This document shows, in pieces, positions 25,126 through 32,000 of a stretch of DNA of 32,000 nt (the stretch's first letter is position 1; each line of letters starts with the position of its first letter). Made by a program: the position numbers and the translations under genes. Under the pieces are notes generated by a model that was not told the DNA's origin, searched no databases, and saw only the letters and a list, made by a program, of their open reading frames with translations. This stretch comes from Saccharolobus solfataricus (GTDB lineage Archaea; Thermoproteota; Thermoprotei_A; Sulfolobales; Sulfolobaceae): the NCBI RefSeq assembly GCF_900079115.1, contig NZ_LT549890.1, positions 690,001 through 722,000 on the forward strand. Reading direction: 5' to 3'.

Positions 25126-26058
25126 TTGTTGATGAAAATACTTATAAGTGGAGGAGCGGGATTCTTAGGTTCTCATCTAACAGAGGCATTGTTAGAAAAA
25201 GGAGAGGAAATAACAATAGTTGATGATCTATCAACCGCAAAATACTTTAATATACGAAAAGATGTAGAATTTATTAAGAAAAAAGTTGAGGAATTTGAGA
25301 CAGAAAAAAAGTACGACGTCGTCATCCATTTGGCAGCTAGACCTTCACCGGAGGACTACATAGAACATCCAGTAGATACAGCTCTTTCTAATTCACTAGG
25401 TACTTACAAAATGCTCGAAATAGCCAGAAAAAGTAATGCAAGATTTATATACACATCTTCATCTGAAGTATATGGTTCTGCCTCAATAATTCCGACCCCT
25501 GAAACGTATTGGGGTTACGTAAATCCTATAGGAATAAGGAGCTGTTATGACGAAAGCAAGAGATTCTCAGAAGCTTTGATAATGGCTTACCACAGACAAT
25601 ATAAGTTAGATACAAGAATCCAGAGGCCTTTTAATGTATATGGCCCTGGTCTAAGAGAAGATGGAACTTATGGTAGAGTGGTTTCAAGATTTATTTATCA
25701 AGCACTAAAAGGAGAGGACGTAACAGTGTTCGGAGATGGGAATCAAACTAGAGCTTTTCTATATATATCTGACTGGGTTGATGCTACAATAAAATTAATA
25801 TACAAAGATGGACTAGAAGGTGAAGTATTTAATATAGGTTCAGACAAAGAAATAAAGATTATTGAGTTGGCTAATATGATAATTAAGCTTACCGGTAGCA
25901 AATCTAGAATTAAATATCTTCCCCCTAGACCAGATGACCCACCTAGGAGAGCAGCTGACATAACTAAGGCTAAGGAAAAATTGGGCTGGTATCCTAAAAT
26001 TTCCTTAGAAGAGGGATTAAAACTTACCATAAATTGGTTTAAGGGTGTATTAAAATGA
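25126..26058 (+). CDS. uxs: UDP-glucuronate decarboxylase (UDP-xylose synthase), SDR family
   Basis: GGAGFLGSHL Rossmann motif, SSSEVYG, ETYWGYVNPIGIRSCYDESKR (Y-x3-K), GDGNQTRAFLY, PDDPPRRAADITKAKEKLGW. These blocks match the UXS-type pattern. Confidence 0.8.
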   Translation: MLMKILISGGAGFLGSHLTEALLEKGEEITIVDDLSTAKYFNIRKDVEFIKKKVEEFETEKKYDVVIHLAARPSPEDYIEHPVDTALSNSLGTYKMLEIARKSNARFIYTSSSEVYGSASIIPTPETYWGYVNPIGIRSCYDESKRFSEALIMAYHRQYKLDTRIQRPFNVYGPGLREDGTYGRVVSRFIYQALKGEDVTVFGDGNQTRAFLYISDWVDATIKLIYKDGLEGEVFNIGSDKEIKIIELANMIIKLTGSKSRIKYLPPRPDDPPRRAADITKAKEKLGWYPKISLEEGLKLTINWFKGVLK

Positions 26059-27284
26059 GAATAGGTGTTGTAGGATTAGGTGTTGTAGGATTAGTAACGG
26101 GGGCAGTATTAGCAGATCAAGGACATGAAGTAGTTGGAGTAGACATTGATCAAAATAAGGTTAAAGGTTTACAGTGCAACCGTTCTCCCATTTATGAACC
26201 AGGTTTAGATGAACTTCTCTTAAAAAATAAGAATAGATTTCTCTTCACCACAGATTACTCCGCGTTAAAAGACGTGGATATTGTCTTTATTACAGTCGCT
26301 ACACCTACCGTAGAAGGGAAGAACTATATAGGCTATGTTTTAGACGCTGCTAAGACTATGAAACCTTACCTTAAGAGGGATGCGATCGTTGTTGTGAAAA
26401 GCACAGTAGTTCCAGGTACAAGTAGAAAAGTAAAACAGATAGTAGAGAGGGAAGTAGTAGCTAACCCAGAATTTCTAAAAGAGGGTAGTGCTGTAATAGA
26501 CACCATTAAACCTGATAGGATAGTTATTGGAAGTGATAGTAAAGCGGCTGGAGATGTAATTGAAAACTTATGGTCATTTACAAAGACTGTGGTTTTAAGG
26601 ACTTCAATTGAAGAAGCTGAAATGATCAAATACGCTGCAAACTCTTTTTTAGCGACAAAAATTTCATTTATTAATGAAATAGCGAATTTGTGTGAGGTAA
26701 TACCTAACTGTGATGTCAATACCATAGCTAAAGCTATAGGATTAGATAAAAGGATAGCTCCCTATTTCTTAAACGCTGGCTTAGGTTACGGAGGTTCATG
26801 TTTCCCTAAAGATACTCTAGCTTTTGCATCCTTTGCTAGAGAATTAGGCGAGGAATTAAAAATAGTAGAAGCCGCGATAAAAGTTAATGAGGAAAGACCT
26901 AGAAGAGCTGTAAAGATAATGGAAGAGTTATTAGGCGAACTAAAGGGTAAAACAATTTGTATTTTAGGTATTGCATTTAAGCCTAACACGGATGATACTA
27001 GAGAAAGTGTAGCGTTAAAAATTGCTAAACTTTTAGTCGATATTGGGGCTAACGTCATAGCATATGATCCTAAGGCTAAAACATCGTTAGTGGAAATGGT
27101 AAGCAGTAAGGAGGAGTGCGTGAAGAGATCAGATGGTGTAATAATAGCAACAGAATGGGATGAATTCAGAGGCATAGAGCATATGCTTAAAGATAAGGCT
27201 GTCTTAGATGGTAGAAGAGTTCTTGACCCTAATAAGATGTCAAGAAGTAAATATAGGGCAATAGGATTATCTAAGGTGAGGTAA
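26055..27284 (+). CDS. ugd: UDP-glucose 6-dehydrogenase
   Basis: MRIGVVGLGVVGL NAD-binding N-terminus, NPEFLKEG, GLGYGGSCFPKDT catalytic-Cys motif, FKPNTDDTRES. ATGA overlap with uxs. Confidence 0.9.
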   Translation: MRIGVVGLGVVGLVTGAVLADQGHEVVGVDIDQNKVKGLQCNRSPIYEPGLDELLLKNKNRFLFTTDYSALKDVDIVFITVATPTVEGKNYIGYVLDAAKTMKPYLKRDAIVVVKSTVVPGTSRKVKQIVEREVVANPEFLKEGSAVIDTIKPDRIVIGSDSKAAGDVIENLWSFTKTVVLRTSIEEAEMIKYAANSFLATKISFINEIANLCEVIPNCDVNTIAKAIGLDKRIAPYFLNAGLGYGGSCFPKDTLAFASFARELGEELKIVEAAIKVNEERPRRAVKIMEELLGELKGKTICILGIAFKPNTDDTRESVALKIAKLLVDIGANVIAYDPKAKTSLVEMVSSKEECVKRSDGVIIATEWDEFRGIEHMLKDKAVLDGRRVLDPNKMSRSKYRAIGLSKVR

Positions 27285-27313
27285 ATATTCACGCAGTAAT
27301 TACCGCAGCTGGT

Positions 27314-28054
27314 TTGGGCACTAGATTACTTCCAGCATCTAAAGAAATTCCTAAGGAAATGTTTCCTATCCCTTTTAATGGGCAATTTAAACCTATAATT
27401 CAGATTATTTTCGAACAGTTATATGACATCGGAATAAGGGACTTCGTTATTGTAGTCGGAAGAGGGAAGAGAGTTATTGAGGATCACTTCACACCAGACT
27501 ATGACTTTATTAATTACCTCGAAGCTAAGGGCAAGGTTATCCAAGCAAATTATTTAAGGCAATTTTACCAGAAAGTTGAGAATAGTAGAATAGCTTTTGT
27601 TAATCAACCAGAACCTAAAGGTTTCGGCGATGCGGTGCTAAGGGCAGAACCTTTTATTCAAGGAGAATTTCTAGTAGTGGCCGCGGACACAATTCTACCC
27701 ATGATACCTATATCATCAATGGTTGTTAACTCATTTTTAGTTACTACTGTCCAAGACCCAAGACCTTACGGTGTCGTTTTAGTAGATAAGCAGGGGTATG
27801 TGATAGATATAGAGGAGAAGCCGAAGCAGCCTAAGTCTAACTTGGTCGTAGTTCCTTATTACATGTTTGATGAAGAGATATTCGATGAATTAAGACAAAT
27901 AAAATACGAAGAGGAATTGCAATTGACAGATGGTATTAAAGGTCTTATAAAAAGGGGTAGAAGATTCAAGGCTATAATGGTTGATAAAGTTTACGACTTA
28001 GGCACTGTCGAGAATTATATAGAATCCTTAAGAAGATTACTAAACAACGATTAG
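27314..28054 (+). CDS. Sugar-1-phosphate nucleotidyltransferase (UTP-glucose-1-P uridylyltransferase-like)
   Basis: (A)AGLGTRLLPASKEIPKEM is the G-x-G-T-R-x-x-P signature. The motif extends upstream of the first canonical start codon (see finding). Confidence 0.8.
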   Translation: MGTRLLPASKEIPKEMFPIPFNGQFKPIIQIIFEQLYDIGIRDFVIVVGRGKRVIEDHFTPDYDFINYLEAKGKVIQANYLRQFYQKVENSRIAFVNQPEPKGFGDAVLRAEPFIQGEFLVVAADTILPMIPISSMVVNSFLVTTVQDPRPYGVVLVDKQGYVIDIEEKPKQPKSNLVVVPYYMFDEEIFDELRQIKYEEELQLTDGIKGLIKRGRRFKAIMVDKVYDLGTVENYIESLRRLLNND

Positions 28055-28326
28055 TATTTAAATTTTAACTTGCTATAAATTCAATACTATTATTTTTGAT
28101 AGAAAACGTCCCAAATGTTGAAAGAAGTTAAGCTTGGCAAAGAACTACAGTCAACTGATAGTATTAAAAATTAATAAGAATGTTAATTTTAGAGCAGTTA
28201 GAGTAATCGATACTTATGATTTAGGTAAGTTTGAGAGGGATATCATACATCAATATTATTTAAATATTGCATACAAAACGAAAATAACAATAATAGTTCT
28301 AAAGGTATTGCAGTAGCAATTTATCT

Positions 28327-28476
28327 ATGGAAAAGCTTTTCATATCTAATTTCATTATCTTACTTGCCTTGGATATCATAATATCAGCCTATGACAAGGG
28401 AAGCTCTGGAATATCCTCATACACTTTAGAAGTAGCTAAACTGCTATCAAAGGATTTTAAGAAAGATTATATTTAA
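28327..28476 (+). pseudogene. Possible N-terminal stump of a GT4 glycosyltransferase (49 codons)
   Basis: MEKLFISNFIILL...SSGISSYTLEVAKLLSKD resembles the GT4 N-terminal G-G-x...L-A-x-x-L region. It is followed by a stop. Confidence 0.3.
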
Positions 28477-28503
28477 AAACTTTGGCACCATAGATATACA
28501 TGC

Positions 28504-29280
28504 ATGATGGTCGACTTACGACCTTTTACGGGGATTCCAGCTAAGGCGATACTCTCACGGAGAAGTGACTTTGCCGCATTTTATCAAGTTATAATAGAAA
28601 ATATTTACTCTCACCTACTTTCAAGTATTAGAGAAGGAGATGTAGTTATAGATGCAGGGGCCAATATAGGCTTGTTTTCTATCCTTGCATCATTTAAGGT
28701 TAAGGAAAAGGGAAGAGTTATTGCTATAGAACCTGAGCCCAACAACTTAAAAATCTTAAAACAGAACGTAGAGTTAAATGGACTAAACAACGTGATCATT
28801 ATTCCTAAAGCACTGTACGACAAACCAGGTAAAAGGGTCAATATGAGAGGAGAAGGTGTAGGAGCTTTTGTATCTGAGGACGGTGAAGGTACTGTTGAGA
28901 CGACCACTCTTGACGTGATAGCAGAAGAAAACCGTTTAAGACCTAGAATACTTAAAATGGATATAGAAGGAGCTGAAGGTAAAGCGCTTCTCGGCAGCAT
29001 AAACACCGTGAAATACCTAGAACTAATTGAGATGGAGGTACATGACGAGGAAAACATGAAACAAGTTGAGGAAATACTATTTAGGTTTAAGTTTAAAAAG
29101 AAAGAGGTGGCAATAGAGGATTTAAGAAACGTTTACAGACAGTTCATAAGGCATCCAATTAATATACTTAGGATTGAGGCAGCTAATAGGTTTTCTACTA
29201 CAAAACGTGTATTATTATCAAGAATTAATGGTGGTAAGGTTTCTCTTTTCCCCAAACAAATAGTTTACTATAGGGGCTAG
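28504..29280 (+). CDS. FkbM-family SAM-dependent methyltransferase
   Basis: VIDAGANIGLFS (SAM motif I), AIEPEPNN, KMDIEGAEGKAL (the typical FkbM D-I-E-G-x-E). Confidence 0.8.
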   Translation: MMVDLRPFTGIPAKAILSRRSDFAAFYQVIIENIYSHLLSSIREGDVVIDAGANIGLFSILASFKVKEKGRVIAIEPEPNNLKILKQNVELNGLNNVIIIPKALYDKPGKRVNMRGEGVGAFVSEDGEGTVETTTLDVIAEENRLRPRILKMDIEGAEGKALLGSINTVKYLELIEMEVHDEENMKQVEEILFRFKFKKKEVAIEDLRNVYRQFIRHPINILRIEAANRFSTTKRVLLSRINGGKVSLFPKQIVYYRG

Positions 29281-29612
29281 TGAATGGCTTCTCGTCATTG
29301 CTAACTTGTTGGAAAAACTACGTCGCCATAATCTTTGCATCTACGCTTTTATCTTTGTTATTTTCATTCTTGAACTTGCTTATATCTGCAAGTATACTCA
29401 CACTATTTTATCTCATAGACTTAATTGTACCGCCATTTTATCCAGCTAACGTGATGGAAAAGCCTATAGTCTTCCTTTCTCCGATCCTAATTATATCGAT
29501 TACAATTTATATTTTGGTGAAATTATTTTTTAGTAATTTAATATTTTTTATATCTCTTATTATATTGTTTATTCTAGACGTGATATTGTCGTTTAAAAGA
29601 GCAAAAAATTAA
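29280..29612 (+). CDS. Small integral membrane protein (110 aa)
   Basis: GTG start overlapping the upstream stop. Three long hydrophobic segments. No family recognised. Confidence 0.45.
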   Translation: MNGFSSLLTCWKNYVAIIFASTLLSLLFSFLNLLISASILTLFYLIDLIVPPFYPANVMEKPIVFLSPILIISITIYILVKLFFSNLIFFISLIILFILDVILSFKRAKN

Positions 29613-29813
29613 AAATAATTCATGTGGAATACTTAACGCCGAGAATATTGTGAGTTCTGATATCCTTTGGACTTATAGCATACTGAAAATTTCTGGTTTG
29701 ATCAGTTTACTTGAAAGATAGAATATAACCGAGCAAATTTCTCTAAAGGCTACCAATATTATGAAACTATTTAAAAAGTTAAATTGTAGAGTAATAAAAT
29801 TGGAAACACATAT

Positions 29814-30196
29814 TTAATCTTTTATTATTTTACTAGAATCGTAAAGGTGCTCTATCACCTCCCCAAAACATCGATTGAGGAAATCTCTAAAGGAATCTCA
29901 GTAACGTTTACGTCAAGTATAAACGGGGTTATGCCCTTCTCCCTAATTTCCATCTCAGCAAAAGATGCTATTTCCACACAGTAGGCGTTAGTGAAATGAA
30001 ACTTGTTAACGTAGTAAGACAAGTTCTCTCCAGTACCGCAGCCTATTTCTAATATCGACTCTTTACTTTTTGCAAATTTTTCAATCGCGTCCTCAGTTAG
30101 TTTTATCCTCCTAAGCATGTGGGCTGTTAACTCTAACTTAGCGTAGTGTTGCTCGTAGAATTCCTTTATTGGGTCTTTAGGCATATATGAGTACAT
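29814..30196 (-). pseudogene. Class I SAM-dependent methyltransferase, frameshifted and truncated
   Basis: ILEIGCGTGENLS (motif I). The ORF ends ...IDVLGR*, but shifting frame at the G4 run (29858-29861) reads GEVIEHLYDSSKIIKD* (the conserved EVxEH motif), then stops early. Confidence 0.65.
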
Positions 30197-30229
30197 AATG
30201 TTTATATTTAAAAAACCTATTGTGGAAAT

Positions 30230-30964
30230 GTGGAGTTCATTCCGCCTAAACGATTGCTTGAATTAATAAGACAATATAGTACGACTTTCGAGAACTGGCA
30301 TTCAGTAATGCTCAGTATTTATCTTCATAAAGAGAGGATAAAGTGTAAACTAAGAAATGGGCAACTACTGTATTTGAAACCTAACGAGATAGTCTTGCTG
30401 GCTGGGCTAAAGATCGTTGAACTTAATGAAGATAGTGTGAGATTTCAATTTAATGGAAGGGAAATTTGTTTGAAGGGTTGGAAATTAAGTTATCCAGGTG
30501 ATTCCTTCTCAGATTATTGGAGAATAGACGTTAGGGGAAAGAGAGTGTTAGATATAGGGGCAGGGATTGGGGATTCCCCAATTTACTTTTCCATTGCAGG
30601 AGCGAAAGAGGTGGTAGCAGTAGAAGTAGACAGTAAGAAAGTTGAACTAATGAGGGAAAACTTAAAGGCTAACAGTATCAATAACGTTATTGTGGTAGAC
30701 AAGGGCGTAGGCATAAAGGACGATGAAAATTATATCAGTTGGCCAAAATTAATCTCTAATTATGGTCCATTTGATGTAGCTAAAATAGACTGCGACGGAT
30801 GTGAGAAAATCATAGTCCCTTATATCAAGGAAATACCGAGTTTGCTCATAGAATGGGATTATAACTATAAGGATATAGTAAGTAATCTGACTAAAAACGG
30901 GTATAAAGTAAAAGTTGAGCACACCCTAAAGAACTTAGGGTTTATTTATGCAAAGAAGCGGTGA
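30230..30964 (+). CDS. FkbM-family SAM-dependent methyltransferase
   Basis: VLDIGAGIGDSPIYFS (motif I), AVEVDSKK, KIDCDGCEK (a variant of the FkbM D-x-E-G-x-E block). TATA-like TTTATATTTAAAAAA about 25 nt before the GTG start. Confidence 0.75.
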   Translation: MEFIPPKRLLELIRQYSTTFENWHSVMLSIYLHKERIKCKLRNGQLLYLKPNEIVLLAGLKIVELNEDSVRFQFNGREICLKGWKLSYPGDSFSDYWRIDVRGKRVLDIGAGIGDSPIYFSIAGAKEVVAVEVDSKKVELMRENLKANSINNVIVVDKGVGIKDDENYISWPKLISNYGPFDVAKIDCDGCEKIIVPYIKEIPSLLIEWDYNYKDIVSNLTKNGYKVKVEHTLKNLGFIYAKKR

Positions 30965-30970
30965 TAAACC

Positions 30971-32000
30971 ATGAAGATCTTTTTCCTCACCAGTCGTCTT
31001 AAAGAAAGAGACGGGGCCAGTAGGGCTATAATAAATTTTTCTAAAGGAATAAAACAAATAAGTCGATATGAACCAGTAATTATTTCATTATCTACCTCAA
31101 TAGGCGTAAACAAACTTGGAAACATAGAAATAATTAATATCGATAAAGGTTTAGGGCTGCTTTCAAGCTTTAGAATTCTTTTAGGCTCTCCGTCCCCTCT
31201 AAAGCCCTTTAAAAAATATCTTCATGATGATGGAATATACATAGTCGCTGTTGAAGACATAATTCCCGTTTCAGAATTTAAAGACGACTTAATCTATTGG
31301 AGTCAAGGAGTGTTAACTAGTGTATTTTTCTGGGAACCGTTTATTAGAAGGAATAAGCTAGTTTCAGCATTAGCGTCTCCATTTCTCCTATATAATGCGA
31401 TAAAATTCTCGAATTTCGTTAAGAAATATAAGGTTGTATTAGCGAATAGTAAAACCTCAGCCGTCTATGTTTCTTTACTTTACAACAGACCCCCTAAGGC
31501 AGTAGTTTACCCGCCCTTAAATACAGATTTCTTTAAACCTTCTAAGAATAAAGAGAAGTTCGTGTTAGTGTTTCTAAAAAGAGGATATCCTTCTCACGTA
31601 GATCTGCTAACTAAAATCGCGGAAAAAGTAAAGATGAAGAGCATAGGGTATAAGATACCTAACGCCGAGTATTTAGAGAGAGTTTCTGATGAGGAATTAA
31701 GGGATCTCTACTCTTCAGCATTGGTTACATTGTACCCTATTGACTTCGAGTATTATGGTTATATACCGGTTGAGTCTATGGCCGCTGGGACACCAGTAAT
31801 TGCTTTTAGGTATTCTGGGGGACCAGCTGAGACTATAGTAGATGGGGAAACAGGTTGGTTAGCATCAGATGAAGAGGAGTTTTATAGACTAACAATAAAA
31901 GTTTATAACGAAGGTTACCCAGAAGATACTAGTGTGAAAAGCAGAAAAAGAGCTGAAGAGTTTTCTATACAAAATCAGACTAAACTGCTGTTATCTATTA
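30971..32000 (+). CDS. Glycosyltransferase, GT4 / group 1 (3' end beyond the window)
   Basis: Open frame from ATG 30971 to the window end (not in the ORF track because it has no stop). GGTGA ribosome site at 30960-30964. ...YPIDFEYYGYIPVESMAAGTPVIAFRYSGGPAETIVDGETGWL is the E-x7-E GT-B signature. Confidence 0.8.
   Translation, partial: MKIFFLTSRLKERDGASRAIINFSKGIKQISRYEPVIISLSTSIGVNKLGNIEIINIDKGLGLLSSFRILLGSPSPLKPFKKYLHDDGIYIVAVEDIIPVSEFKDDLIYWSQGVLTSVFFWEPFIRRNKLVSALASPFLLYNAIKFSNFVKKYKVVLANSKTSAVYVSLLYNRPPKAVVYPPLNTDFFKPSKNKEKFVLVFLKRGYPSHVDLLTKIAEKVKMKSIGYKIPNAEYLERVSDEELRDLYSSALVTLYPIDFEYYGYIPVESMAAGTPVIAFRYSGGPAETIVDGETGWLASDEEEFYRLTIKVYNEGYPEDTSVKSRKRAEEFSIQNQTKLLLSI

Noticed and set aside
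25743-26030. Minus-strand ORF (95 aa)
   Set aside because: Antisense to the uxs gene, with no motif.
26366-27292. Minus-strand ORFs 26366-26725 and 26786-27292 (119 and 168 aa)
   Set aside because: They are antisense shadows of the strongly supported ugd gene, with low-complexity S/L/I-rich translations.
28134-28316. Plus-strand ORF (60 aa)
   Set aside because: Very AT-rich intergenic DNA, TTG start, no motif or ribosome site.
28611-29057. Minus-strand ORF (148 aa)
   Set aside because: Antisense to the FkbM methyltransferase gene. The translation is serine-rich and low-complexity.
1-32000. CRISPR arrays, tRNA and rRNA genes
   Set aside because: No regularly spaced direct repeats were seen anywhere. 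No segment folds by eye into a cloverleaf with D- and T-loop consensus. Nothing is rRNA-like.

Overview
AT-rich crenarchaeal chromosome segment that looks Sulfolobaceae-like (Saccharolobus/Sulfolobus). This is inferred from the IS types, a PaREP1-like gene, TATA boxes about 26 nt before leaderless start codons, and GGTGA-type ribosome sites inside operons. No rRNA, tRNA or CRISPR array was seen. The window has three parts. (1) 1-19.5 kb is an IS-riddled accessory region. It holds an IS4/IS5-type DDE element, a 255-bp MITE, and four IS200/IS605-type TnpB loci, two of which look intact, plus one orphan right end. It also holds an IS110-type element with 82-bp terminal inverted repeats that carries a nested IS5-type element, and one short decayed IS remnant. 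Genes broken by these elements include an FAD-linked oxidase, an M20 peptidase, a Usp-like gene and a small-protein gene. The cargo between the elements includes a translationally coupled three-gene cassette of unknown small proteins with a decayed inverted paralogue, a VapC PIN toxin with an atypical 232-aa upstream partner, a helical protein paired with an insertion-bearing PIN-like nuclease, an AbrB-type gene and a PaREP1-like gene. (2) 19.5-22.1 kb is a patch that looks more GC-rich by eye. It carries four small minus-strand ORFs that look virus- or plasmid-like, including a C2H2 zinc finger and a 2-TM protein. It also has a G10 tract at a gene junction, CAGCTG-centred palindromes and a frameshifted pilin-like gene. 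(3) 22.2-32 kb is a glycan or exopolysaccharide cluster. It encodes GT2 and GT4 glycosyltransferases, UDP-glucose 6-dehydrogenase plus UDP-glucuronate decarboxylase (a UDP-xylose route), a sugar-1-P nucleotidyltransferase and FkbM-type methyltransferases, together with several decayed or duplicated fragments. The best candidates for an undescribed system are the helical + split-PIN pair (11592-13171) and the A-B-C small-protein cassette (6291-7298, paralogue 15326-15791). All family names (ISC1316-, ISC1476-, ISC1058-like) are recognition or size-based guesses, not search results. No identities or GC values were computed.
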